From: an uncultured bacterium
GTDB lineage: Bacteria; Zixibacteria; MSB-5A5; UBA10806
NCBI GenBank assembly: GCA_965541585.1
Contig: CBEUCH010000005.1
Coordinates: forward strand, 128,001 to 192,000
Reading direction: 5' to 3'
DNA: 64,000 nt
The notes below the pieces were generated by a model that worked only from the letters and a program-made list of their open reading frames with translations, did no database searches and had not been told where the DNA came from. How positions within the stretch are numbered: position 1 is the stretch's first letter; every line of letters begins with the position of its first letter. The position numbers and the translations under genes are program-made. Shown here piece after piece: positions 36,816 through 46,061 of the stretch.

Positions 36816-37862
36816 CTATTCGGATAAAATCTCGGAAAGTCTCTTAGCCGTATAATCAACTACCCCCATCAATTTGGAATATGGCATCCTGGTAGGGCCA
36901 ATAACACCCAGGATACCTCTGAACTTTCCGGCAGAATAAGTCGATGATAAAAGCGATAGCCGTTCGATATTTCTCGAATCATGGGCTTTCTTGCCGCCTT
37001 CCACGCCGATAGTAACGGTTATCCCCTCCATTATTCCCGCTCGCGACACCAGCTCAAACACGGTTTGTCTTTCTTCTATCAGATCGAAAAGCTCGCGGGC
37101 CTTGGTGGGATCTTTGAATTCGGGCTGATTCAAGATATATCGGGCATCCCCCAGATGAACCTCGGCCCCCTCCGAGAATTTCAAAAGTGTCTCTGCCGAT
37201 TCTATAAACATTTTTATTAGACGAGGGTCCCCCATAGTTGGCTCGGCCAGCCGTCCTTCTATGGTCATCCTCATCTCACCGATTGTCAGGCCGCAGAGTC
37301 TCTCGTTCAATACAGTTGCCGTATCTGAAAGGGCAACATCGCTAAGATCCGTCTCCACTTCCAGCAGCACAGTTTTCGCCAGACCCGATTTCATTGCCAG
37401 CACAACCAATACTCGCCGTTCTGCAACCGGAATCAATTCCAGCCGTGTTATGATACCGGATTCGAATTTCGGTGAGATGGTAACCCCGAGTTGGCTCGAA
37501 ACGCTTCCCAGCACTCGCGATGTTTGTTCCAGCACCTGGTCTATTCCCGAATACTCCTTTTTAATATTATTGCGGATTTTCTCCCGATCAACTAACGAGA
37601 GTTTCTCGGGCTGAAGGAGATAATCGACATACAAGCGATATCCCTGGGCAGTGGGTACTCTCCCCGCAGATGTATGGGGCTGATTCACAAGCCCCATCTC
37701 TTCCAAATCCTTAATGGTGTTTCTGATTGTTGCAGGCGACAGACCCAGGTCGTACGTTTTCGCCAGAACCCTGGATGCCACCGGTTCGGCCTGGGTTATA
37801 TAGTGGTCTATCAGGACCTTTAGAATCTGGCTTTCTCTGTCCGAAAGATTCTCAAACGACAT
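36816..37862 (-). CDS. hrcA: Heat-inducible transcription repressor HrcA
   Basis: EPVASR, LSPATIRN, QPHTSAGRVPT..GYRLYVD, LNQPEF, GVIGPTRMPY. Confidence 0.96.
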   Translation of the reverse strand: MSFENLSDRESQILKVLIDHYITQAEPVASRVLAKTYDLGLSPATIRNTIKDLEEMGLVNQPHTSAGRVPTAQGYRLYVDYLLQPEKLSLVDREKIRNNIKKEYSGIDQVLEQTSRVLGSVSSQLGVTISPKFESGIITRLELIPVAERRVLVVLAMKSGLAKTVLLEVETDLSDVALSDTATVLNERLCGLTIGEMRMTIEGRLAEPTMGDPRLIKMFIESAETLLKFSEGAEVHLGDARYILNQPEFKDPTKARELFDLIEERQTVFELVSRAGIMEGITVTIGVEGGKKAHDSRNIERLSLLSSTYSAGKFRGILGVIGPTRMPYSKLMGVVDYTAKRLSEILSE

Positions 37863-37885
37863 TCGCTACAATTACCTCCCGCCCT

Positions 37886-37913
37886 AATATATCCAATGTT
37901 AATACCTAGTCAA
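37886..37913 (-). promoter_or_regulatory. Sigma70 promoter of hrcA
   Basis: TTGACT-16-TATATT, followed by a GGGAGG SD. Confidence 0.6.
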
Positions 37914-37972
37914 GCAGATTAAGGTCTCCAGATGCAAATGTATTTCGGTGTAATACGTTATATTCCATTAAC

Positions 37973-39649
37973 TTACAGTTTTCCCGATCTAAGGATGGAG
38001 ATCACGAGACCAGCTCCCAGTATACCGGCAAATAAAAATCCCACAAGGCCCAACAGCGGCAGGCCATAGATCTTTATACCTACATCCAGCGTCAAGATCA
38101 GCGATGAACCCACGATAATGGCCGCTATAACTAATGCGAAGGCCAATCGATTTGTCGATCTATCCAGCTCAATTGTCAGTCTGTCGAGGCCCCGAATCTC
38201 AAGTCCGAGCCGTGCCTTACCCTTGTTCAGCTTGCTGGCAAATTGACGTGCCTCGGCAGGGAATCTGCTTGCAAAATCGCGCAGTTCTGTCAGACCCATT
38301 TTCAATTCCTTGAGAATCTGCGGAAGGCCGATTCTTTTAAGCGCCAGCTTTTGTACGTATGGAGAGGCGCTCTTGATAAGATCGTATCCGGGATCGAGCT
38401 GACGGGCAACCTCCTCATAGGTTACCAACGCTTTGCCAAAAACCATAAATTCTGATTTTACCTGCAGATCATGCCGATGAACGATTTCGAAGAACTCGTC
38501 GAACAATGTGGCCATATCGATCCGCGCCAGAGGAATCTTATGATAACGGACCAAAAGCTCGCTGATATCCGTCTCCAGCGCCTGCTGATTTACATATTCC
38601 GGCAGAATACCAGCCCGGGAAAAGGTATAGACTAATGATTGGGCATCGCCGGCAACTACTGATGTCAGTATTTCGCTGAGTTCGCTTAATTGCGAATCCG
38701 AGAGTACGCCTACCATGCCATAATCCACGGGAGCTATGCGACCGTCGGGAGTTATGAAAAGATTGCCCGGATGAGGATCGGCATGGAAGAATCCGTGTTC
38801 GAAAACCATCAGGAAGACCATATCCCCGCCCCTGCGGCAAATCTCCTGCGGGTCGATACCCGATTCTTTCAGTTTCTCGATATCCGTGATCTTGATGCCG
38901 TCTATCCGTTCCATTGTGATCATCCGTCTGGTAGTGTAATCCCAGAAAACCTCCGGCACGAAAATCCCCTCGTCCTTCTGGAAATTGCGGGAGAATATCT
39001 CTATATTACGGGCTTCATACAGGAAATTGATTTCCTTGCGAGTTGATCGAGCCAGTTCATCGACAAGGCCAACAGGCTCGTATTGCCTGCTCTCCGGGAC
39101 ATGTTTTTCCAGGAGTTGAGCCATATCCCGAAGGATAACCATATCGGCATCGATGATCTTTCTAATGCCGGGCCGCTGTATCTTGACCACGACCTTTGTA
39201 CCGTCATGCAACTCAGCGTTATGAACCTGGGAAAGCGAGGCGGAAGCAACCGGGATCTTATCGAAAAATGCAAAGGCCTTTTTAATCTCGCAACCGAGAT
39301 TCTCTTCGATGGCTGCTCTGGCAACCTCCCAATCCAGCGACGATACCTGATCATGAAGCTTGCTCAACTCCACCACCAGCTCATAAGGGATCAGAAACGG
39401 TCTCATGGACAATACCTGCCCCAGCTTGACAAAAGTAGGCCCGAGTTCTTCAAGCGCCATCCTGATCCGGGCGGAGAAGGAAATCTCCTCCGATGGCTTT
39501 CTCCTGAATATTCGTTTTCCGAATTTTAATGCTCTTCCCAGATTAAGGCGGTCTATAATTTCACCGAAACCGTATTTCATGAAAACCCGGGCTATCGTTC
39601 GGTAGCGCCTGATATTCCTTATAGTCAGATCCGGTCTGGGGATTGTCAT
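37973..39649 (-). CDS. AarF/ABC1/UbiB family protein kinase-like
   Basis: LGPTFVKLGQ, SASLSQVH.A, VVVKIQRPGI, FFHADPHPGN, DYGMVG and two C-terminal TM helices. Confidence 0.93.
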   Translation of the reverse strand: MTIPRPDLTIRNIRRYRTIARVFMKYGFGEIIDRLNLGRALKFGKRIFRRKPSEEISFSARIRMALEELGPTFVKLGQVLSMRPFLIPYELVVELSKLHDQVSSLDWEVARAAIEENLGCEIKKAFAFFDKIPVASASLSQVHNAELHDGTKVVVKIQRPGIRKIIDADMVILRDMAQLLEKHVPESRQYEPVGLVDELARSTRKEINFLYEARNIEIFSRNFQKDEGIFVPEVFWDYTTRRMITMERIDGIKITDIEKLKESGIDPQEICRRGGDMVFLMVFEHGFFHADPHPGNLFITPDGRIAPVDYGMVGVLSDSQLSELSEILTSVVAGDAQSLVYTFSRAGILPEYVNQQALETDISELLVRYHKIPLARIDMATLFDEFFEIVHRHDLQVKSEFMVFGKALVTYEEVARQLDPGYDLIKSASPYVQKLALKRIGLPQILKELKMGLTELRDFASRFPAEARQFASKLNKGKARLGLEIRGLDRLTIELDRSTNRLAFALVIAAIIVGSSLILTLDVGIKIYGLPLLGLVGFLFAGILGAGLVISILRSGKL

Positions 39650-40036
39650 CCGGCAAAAGCTCCGCTCAGAATGATTTTAAGATCAGCAGCCTTATCATGA
39701 GCAATTCTAACGGTTTCAGACACAGCGGTCAACTGTTTTTGGCTTTTCCGGGAGGCGTCTCAAACAATAATCTTATTTACCACTGAAACTTCATCAAGAA
39801 AACCTATAACTCCCAACCTCACCGGATCATCAGGCATCAAGGGCCACTAAAACAGTATCTTCAGATAAGAATGCAAACAGGCTGCCGATTTATGATCTCA
39901 TTCGCCAGGTCAGGCAAACTGTGAACCACAGAAAATTATATGCGGTGTTCACACATAATATTACTGGAGACGGTGAGTAAAGCTCGGTCAAACGATATCT
40001 TATAGGACATGGGGCGGCTGCTCTGTCCAGTTGATA

Positions 40037-40594
40037 CTAATTGACCTTTTTCTCAAGATCCGCGACTTTCGCTGAGAGCTTTTCGATTTTTTCTGCCAGA
40101 GTTGACATCTGATCGTCGAATCTGGCTGAGAATTTCTGAGTAAATCTACCGGCGATCTCCTCTACTCTTTCCTTCAACTTCCCGGCACTGTCTTTCGATT
40201 TTTCGACGAAATTCTTTATCGCCTCGGATCTTTCATCACTGGTCATTTCTCCTCTCTTGACCATCTCGTCGAACATCTCCTCCACCTTCTCGCGAGTCAT
40301 TTTGACGGCGCCGATTGAAGCAAGGGTGAGTTTTTTCAATACATCCATGGCTCCGACTCCTCCTTTTTTGATAATTGCGTAGACGATCTTCATTCCCGAT
40401 TTCTTGAAGTCCCCGGCGGTCTCGCCAACTATGCTGGAGAGCACTGCTATGGTGATATCCCGGCCGGAGGCATTGTCGATGATTTTTAAGTCTATATCCC
40501 GCAGGACGTAATCTCTGATATCCATCATGGTGATGGCTTTTTTTAGCTCTGTATCGTAGAGCCGTCGATTGCGGTACCTTTTGATGAGCCTCAT
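40037..40594 (-). CDS. PhaR-type N-terminal DNA-binding domain fused to a phasin-like domain
   Basis: MRLIKRYRNRRLYDTE...IIDNASGRDIT..VL (PhaR N-terminal pattern), then MDVLKKLTLASIGAV.MTREKVEEMFDEMVKRGEM (phasin-like coiled coil). Confidence 0.8.
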   Translation of the reverse strand: MRLIKRYRNRRLYDTELKKAITMMDIRDYVLRDIDLKIIDNASGRDITIAVLSSIVGETAGDFKKSGMKIVYAIIKKGGVGAMDVLKKLTLASIGAVKMTREKVEEMFDEMVKRGEMTSDERSEAIKNFVEKSKDSAGKLKERVEEIAGRFTQKFSARFDDQMSTLAEKIEKLSAKVADLEKKVN

Positions 40595-40600
40595 ATATAT

Positions 40601-40619
40601 ATTATAGTGCACTGCACCA
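40601..40619 (-). promoter_or_regulatory. -10 box with an abutting PhaR-like TGC-N3-GCA operator
   Basis: TATAAT (40601-40606) 6 nt before ATG; TGCACTGCACCA on the plus strand at 40608-40619. Confidence 0.6.
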
Positions 40620-40644
40620 TAAAAGTTTCAAAATTTTTATGCCC

Positions 40645-41385
40645 CTACCAGCCTCCGGTAGCTCCTCCACCGCCACCTCCGCCGCCACCGAAGCCTCCAA
40701 AACCACCGCCGAATCCCCCGCCACCGAAGCCTCCGCCGGAACGACGAGGTCCGCCCATGACGCCGAGCAACAATAGCCAGAATAATCCGGAACGGCGACC
40801 ACGTCTGGAGAAGGCCATAATAATGATCATGGCTATGAAAATCAGCGATCCGATGCCCCTCTTTCCTCTTGCCGTTCTTCTGGGGGGAGCCGCCGTCATA
40901 TCCGCCCCGAGGATACTTCCGATTCTGATCGTAGCAGCCAATATTCCCCCGCCATAGTCGCCCTGCTGGAACCTCGGCACTATCTCCTCCCGGCCTATCT
41001 GCCCTAATAAACCATCGGGAAGGTCGCCTTCCAGCCCGTAGCCGGTCTCGAATCGGTAAGCCTTTAAGCCGGTGGCCTCGTCCATAACAATCAGCAACAC
41101 CAGACCCTCGTCCTGGCCCTTTTGCCCAACTCCCCAGCCGGTGAGATAGGCCAACGCCATTTCCTCGATACCACCGTATTCGTCGAGCGAATTCCGGGTA
41201 ATTACGGCAAACTCCACGCCCGTGCTGGTTTTGATCGATGCCAGGACCCCGGTTAGCCGGTTGATGCTACTCCCCTCCAGAAGGCCCGCATAATCGGAGA
41301 CCCATCCCAATGGCCGGGGGATGCCGGCCAGAGAAATCGAGGATAAAATTATTAGTATGATAACAGCGGCTGTTAGACTTTTCAT
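40645..41385 (-). CDS. TPM domain (YgcG-like) protein with Gly-rich tail
   Basis: Signal peptide, VSDYAGLL, WGVGQKG.DEGLVLL, ETGYGLEGDLPD, a TM helix and GGGGATGGW. Confidence 0.92.
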   Translation of the reverse strand: MKSLTAAVIILIILSSISLAGIPRPLGWVSDYAGLLEGSSINRLTGVLASIKTSTGVEFAVITRNSLDEYGGIEEMALAYLTGWGVGQKGQDEGLVLLIVMDEATGLKAYRFETGYGLEGDLPDGLLGQIGREEIVPRFQQGDYGGGILAATIRIGSILGADMTAAPPRRTARGKRGIGSLIFIAMIIIMAFSRRGRRSGLFWLLLLGVMGGPRRSGGGFGGGGFGGGFGGFGGGGGGGGGATGGW

Positions 41386-41423
41386 TCATGCATTATATTA
41401 AATCGTTCACGAGAGGGTCAAAC

Positions 41424-41447
41424 AAAAAAACCGCGGATTCTCCGCGG
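41424..41447 (-). terminator. Intrinsic terminator after the response regulator
   Basis: Minus strand CCGCGGA-GAA-TCCGCGG followed by TTTTTTT. Confidence 0.8.
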
Positions 41448-41470
41448 AGCCTCAGATTCTATAAATCAGA

Positions 41471-41851
41471 TTACTTCGTCACTGACATCAGAACCATCTT
41501 CACCATTTCCAGCAACCGTTCGCACGAAAACGGTTTCTTTATAAAAAGATCTCCCCCGGATTCGAAGCTGCGTCCGTCGTCGTCGCCGGCATCCTTGCCA
41601 GTAAGAAACAGAACCGGTATCCCCGCCAGATCCGCATTACTCTTAATAGCGGAGCATACTTCGTAGCCGTCCATAAACGGCATCATGATGTCAAGCAGGA
41701 TAAGATCGGGCTTGAACGCCTTGACGCTCTCGACTGCATCAACGGGAGAATTTTCGACCTTGACCTGATATCCGACGTTGGTCAGGAATGCCTTGACAAT
41801 ATCCGTAATTTCGGGCTCGTCGTCCACTACCAGTATTTTATGATTCTTCAT
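41471..41851 (-). CDS. Single-domain response regulator (receiver)
   Basis: ILVVDDE, PDLILLDIMMP.MDG, FLTG, FIKKPF. Start taken at MKNHKIL. Confidence 0.92.
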   Translation of the reverse strand: MKNHKILVVDDEPEITDIVKAFLTNVGYQVKVENSPVDAVESVKAFKPDLILLDIMMPFMDGYEVCSAIKSNADLAGIPVLFLTGKDAGDDDGRSFESGGDLFIKKPFSCERLLEMVKMVLMSVTK

Positions 41852-42650
41852 TGCCAATTTTCCCCGTCCCATAAAATTCGGCTCGGCGATCTTTCCATAA
41901 GTCATTCTTCAAATTAATGACCTTATTATCACTTGCCCTGGTATCTATATCGGCAATCCCATATTCTTCTTTATCTTTTGATGCCCTGTAGAGAATTTCA
42001 CCTTCGGGCGATAGTATCTGACTTTCTCCCGTAAATCCGAAATCGAAATCGCCCCGGGCCTCACGACCTATCCTGTTGGCCGTAATCGCAAAGATGCGAT
42101 TTTCCAGACAACGGGTGATCATGGCGTTCTGGCAATACGACATCACAAGATTGGCGGGATGACATATCAGATGAGCCCCCCGAAGCGCCAGCGCCCTGGC
42201 GACCTCGGGATATATCCAGTCGTAACAGATCATCATACCGATCCTGCAACCACGGAATTCAAAAACATTCAACGTCTTATCGCCGTCGTCGAACCACTCT
42301 TTCTCATAGTAATATAGATGGAGCTTGCGATAGACCTCGATCTCGCCCTCGGGAGAGACGAATGCGCAGGAATTATACAGGCATCCACTATGAGTTTCGG
42401 GGAAACCGTATATGATACCACAATCAAGCCTGGTAGAGAGTTCTCTCATACGTTTCATGGTGAAACCATCGGGGACATTTTCAGCAACGGAGGCGGTCTC
42501 ATTCCTGGACGTGAACGTATACCCCGAGAATGACAGTTCAGGCAAAACGATCAGGTCAGCATCGACCGATGCCATCATGGACCCGGCCCTCTCGATATTA
42601 TCGGAGATCCGGCCAAAATGCGGGTTGAATTGTACGACTGCTACTCGCAT
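41838..42650 (-). CDS. Carbon-nitrogen hydrolase (nitrilase superfamily)
   Basis: E-K-C triad in LPELS, YRKLHL and ICYDW. Start taken at MRVAVVQ. Confidence 0.92.
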   Translation of the reverse strand: MRVAVVQFNPHFGRISDNIERAGSMMASVDADLIVLPELSFSGYTFTSRNETASVAENVPDGFTMKRMRELSTRLDCGIIYGFPETHSGCLYNSCAFVSPEGEIEVYRKLHLYYYEKEWFDDGDKTLNVFEFRGCRIGMMICYDWIYPEVARALALRGAHLICHPANLVMSYCQNAMITRCLENRIFAITANRIGREARGDFDFGFTGESQILSPEGEILYRASKDKEEYGIADIDTRASDNKVINLKNDLWKDRRAEFYGTGKIGNEES

Positions 42651-42731
42651 GCGCTCGACCTTAAAAGAATATCCACTCTCGGTCAAGCTGAAAGTTGTTG
42701 AAATCCTGGTGTAAAACGGTAATGTTGGGGG

Positions 42732-43760
42732 ATGGACAGAGTTAACTTAAAGGAGATGAACAGATCTGAACTGGAGAGTTTTGTATTTTCTCTGGGCCTC
42801 GAGCCCTTTCGGGGAAGACAGATATTTAGATGGATCTTTCGGGAAGGCGTTACGGGATTCGACTCAATGACAGATCTCTCCAGGAAACTCAGGATGGAAT
42901 TCAATGAAAAAACTTTCATAAGCAGGCTATCCGTTGAGAGGATGCTGGAATCCACTGATGGCTCCACCAGGTTTATCTTCAGACTCGATGATGGTTTTTT
43001 CATTGAATCAGTGCTCATACCCGAAAAAGGGCGTTTGACCTTATGCGTTTCAAGCCAGGCGGGATGCGCTCTTCGTTGTAAGTTTTGCGCTACGGGCCGG
43101 ATGGGATTCGAGCGCAATCTAACCGCCAGCGAAATAGTAGATCAATTGCTGCAGGTTCAGAAATACTCCGATAACAGAATCACAAATGTGGTCTTCATGG
43201 GCATGGGGGAACCGACATTGAATTTGAATAACGTGCTCAAGGCTTGCGAGATCATGTCCGACGACTATGGCCCTTCCCTATCACGAAAAAAAATCACCAT
43301 CTCTACGGTGGGCGTTGTGCATGCTCTAAAAAGATTCGTATCGCGGGCCGGCAAGTTGGGACTTGCCGTATCACTCCATTCGGCGGATGAACAGGTTCGC
43401 AAAAAGATCATGCCGGTGGCGCAAGAAAACAGCCTGCAGGATATCCTGGCCGAGGCGAAACGGTATACCGAGCTTTCTGGAAGGCGGGTCAGTTTCGAAT
43501 ACCTTTTACTGGGAAACGTTACTGATTCTATAGAGGATGCCGCCAGACTGGTGAAGCTGATACACGGCATACCATGCAAGATAAATCTCATACGATACAA
43601 TCCTACAATGGGACTGCCCTTCAAAAGGCCTCAAGAGAGAGATGTCCAGGGATTTAAAGAATACCTGTATCCCAGAACCTATGCCGTAACCGTAAGGGAG
43701 AGCCGGGGACTGGATATCGGCGGGGCTTGCGGTCAGCTTGCCGGGGAGCTCTTAGCCTGA
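42732..43760 (+). CDS. rlmN: 23S rRNA m2A2503 methyltransferase RlmN (radical SAM)
   Basis: CVSSQAGCALRCKFCATG, NLTASEIVDQ, VFMGMGEP, DIGGACGQL. Confidence 0.95.
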   Translation: MDRVNLKEMNRSELESFVFSLGLEPFRGRQIFRWIFREGVTGFDSMTDLSRKLRMEFNEKTFISRLSVERMLESTDGSTRFIFRLDDGFFIESVLIPEKGRLTLCVSSQAGCALRCKFCATGRMGFERNLTASEIVDQLLQVQKYSDNRITNVVFMGMGEPTLNLNNVLKACEIMSDDYGPSLSRKKITISTVGVVHALKRFVSRAGKLGLAVSLHSADEQVRKKIMPVAQENSLQDILAEAKRYTELSGRRVSFEYLLLGNVTDSIEDAARLVKLIHGIPCKINLIRYNPTMGLPFKRPQERDVQGFKEYLYPRTYAVTVRESRGLDIGGACGQLAGELLA

Positions 43761-44035
43761 GTGTTGTCTTTTGATTTCTTATCCTTTTTGGAAGATGAAG
43801 AGTCGGCTTTAGGTTCAGGCCGTTTGTCCTTATCAGCCGCCTTTTTATAGCTATCCGAGCGGTAATCGGTGATGTGAAACCCGGAGCCTTTAAACAGCAG
43901 TCCCGATCCCGCCGAGATTAACCTCTTGACTTTCCCATCGCACCGGGGGCAGGATGATACGGGTGGATCGGTTATCTGCTGGAATTCTTCAAACCTGGCT
44001 CCGCATTCATGACATTTGTACTCATAGGTAGGCAT
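43733..44035 (-). CDS. FmdB family zinc-ribbon protein
   Basis: MPTYEYKC..CG..FE, CPRC, FKGSGFH.TDY. Confidence 0.92.
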   Translation of the reverse strand: MPTYEYKCHECGARFEEFQQITDPPVSSCPRCDGKVKRLISAGSGLLFKGSGFHITDYRSDSYKKAADKDKRPEPKADSSSSKKDKKSKDNTQAKSSPAS

Positions 44036-44036
44036 A

Positions 44037-44465
44037 TCAGTCCCCTCCTAAAACAGCGGCATGGGATTTCCCCACGTAATCGGCAAACGTTTCTATATCC
44101 TCGAAAACTTTCTCTGAGCAAAACCGGACCACCCAGTTTGTTTTCATTCCGGTGATTGTCCATACAGGGATCCCCCTCTTGAAGCTTTCCCAGATCTCGA
44201 TCCCAGTCCCCAGGGAGGCGGCCGGCAGATAAGCGATCACAAGGTCGCAATTCTCCATCTCTGCAAGAGAACCATAAAAGGTCGCTTTGCCCTTTTCGTC
44301 ATCGTAGTCAACCGATTGCAGATGACCATCCAGTGGATCGTAAATCGCAGCCTCCGGATATGCTTTCCGGAGGATCGATTTGATCTTTTCGCGGTAATGC
44401 TGCGAGTGGATCGCTCTATTTTTATTGGAGCCCTGAATAATCCCGGCCAGAAAGATCTTTCTCAT
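44037..44465 (-). CDS. Nucleoside 2-deoxyribosyltransferase-like protein
   Basis: IFLAG, YDP, CDLVIAYL, SLGTGIEIW. Confidence 0.7.
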   Translation of the reverse strand: MRKIFLAGIIQGSNKNRAIHSQHYREKIKSILRKAYPEAAIYDPLDGHLQSVDYDDEKGKATFYGSLAEMENCDLVIAYLPAASLGTGIEIWESFKRGIPVWTITGMKTNWVVRFCSEKVFEDIETFADYVGKSHAAVLGGD

Positions 44466-44559
44466 CTTGAATTTTGAACCTCTGTTTGTGCATCCTTAGT
44501 TCCGCCATAACCTTACAAATGTATAAAAATCGCCTACATTTATCAATAGCCGGATTTAT

Positions 44560-44967
44560 TTATCTGCCAGCGACAACTAAATAGACCCAGTTGGCGAGGA
44601 ACAGACCGATTATCCCTGCCCGAAGAGCTTTTTTCTGTCCTTCACTGAAATATGCGATGATGCCTTTTTTTGAGACTGCACTGAATAACGAAAACAATGA
44701 AAACGCCATGATTCCCGCCGCAAACAAAAATAACATCGGATTTAACAAAAACGATGAGGCGATATCAAATTGAGAGAGGGCTACCAGGGAACGTGTGGCG
44801 CCGCAGGTCAGGCAGGGGATTCCAGTCAATCTATGAAATAGGCAAGGCGGCAGGAGATCGAGAAAATCCTTTAAGAAACCTGCGGTAATAACAAAAAGCA
44901 AGGCCATCGGCCCCCAGATGATATGGATTGACCCGATCGCTGGATTACTCTGGACGTAAACTCTCAC
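44560..44967 (-). CDS. DUF2752 domain membrane protein
   Basis: PCLFHRLTGIPCLTCGATRS, LNP. Confidence 0.85.
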   Translation of the reverse strand: MRVYVQSNPAIGSIHIIWGPMALLFVITAGFLKDFLDLLPPCLFHRLTGIPCLTCGATRSLVALSQFDIASSFLLNPMLFLFAAGIMAFSLFSLFSAVSKKGIIAYFSEGQKKALRAGIIGLFLANWVYLVVAGR

Positions 44968-45026
44968 GTTTATATCTTTTTTAGTTTTAAGACGGCCTCA
45001 TCCATCAGTCTGGCCGCCCCGGAAGT

Positions 45027-45842
45027 CTAATAATTATACCCGCTTCCCATCATTTCCTGAAATAATCCTGTCAACGCCACTCCAAATACAAAGGTCAGGA
45101 TAATCCCCAGACAGCAACAGACAATTATAGGCAGGAAAATCACTAACGCTGCCCTGCCTCCAGTTTTAGTCTGCGTATGCTTCAGCCCGATTATCGCCAG
45201 AACCAGCGCCCATATCCATCCAATGGTTCCACCGCACATCGGTACGATCATAAAGGCCGCCGGCCCGGAGGCATAAGCGAATGTCCTGAAGGTTGCCTCG
45301 AAATCTTCTGCGGCCCAGCCGAACATCATCATAATCAAATGGAAAACGCCGGTGATGATAAAAAGCCCAATTATAATAGGAATCGGCGCCAGGATCACAT
45401 ATAGAAACGAGAAACCTGTCTGAAGTCCGGTTGTCCAGTAAAAATCCTCCATGGGGAAATACCCTGTAAACGCATCCATCCAGAATCCGACAAGGAGTAA
45501 ACCCCATAACTGCTCCACCGCCACTCCCAACCACACAACGATTAGCGCATAAAGCAGGGGACTTCCTATTCCACCCTTGAGTGGCAACGCCGAAAAAAAC
45601 CTGTTCGGATAAAAAACCGATTCTTTCCATGTCTGCCAGAGCCCCCCGAAAAAACCTGTATTCTCCCTGTCCTCCCAGGCAACATATTCTCTCTCGGGCG
45701 ATGGTGGTAGAGGCATCGATGGCTGTTCAGGTTGCGGGCTTTCCGATTTCGGTTCCTCAAACGGTTTTCCGCAATTGCTGCAGAACGACGTTCCCTCCTG
45801 ACGGGGCTGGCCGCAATTCGGGCACTTATCCTGGAACTCCAC
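45027..45842 (-). CDS. Zinc-ribbon + YIP1 family membrane protein
   Basis: CPNCG...FCSNCG, WEDR...F..LWQTW, P..FF and about five TM helices. Confidence 0.8.
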   Translation of the reverse strand: MEFQDKCPNCGQPRQEGTSFCSNCGKPFEEPKSESPQPEQPSMPLPPSPEREYVAWEDRENTGFFGGLWQTWKESVFYPNRFFSALPLKGGIGSPLLYALIVVWLGVAVEQLWGLLLVGFWMDAFTGYFPMEDFYWTTGLQTGFSFLYVILAPIPIIIGLFIITGVFHLIMMMFGWAAEDFEATFRTFAYASGPAAFMIVPMCGGTIGWIWALVLAIIGLKHTQTKTGGRAALVIFLPIIVCCCLGIILTFVFGVALTGLFQEMMGSGYNY

Positions 45843-46061
45843 GGCGGCACTCCTTTCTTTTATTCAGACATAATTTCATTATTCAATTCAGCCAACCATC
45901 AAACCGTTGCATTTTACCATACGGCGGTCAGGATGTGCAAGTTGCAATCCGACCATTTTATGGGTATATGGAAAAGAAGGGAGAATAACAGCGCGATATA
46001 TGAATACTACTATAAATGACGATTCTCCGCAGTGCTAAACTATAACTCTCATCATTCCCGG

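Noticed and set aside
40645..40740. CCG/CCA-rich tandem-like repeat
   Set aside because: It simply encodes the Gly-rich tail normal for TPM-domain proteins.
46031..46038. AGTGCTAA CIRCE half-site
   Set aside because: There is no matching left half at the N9 spacing.
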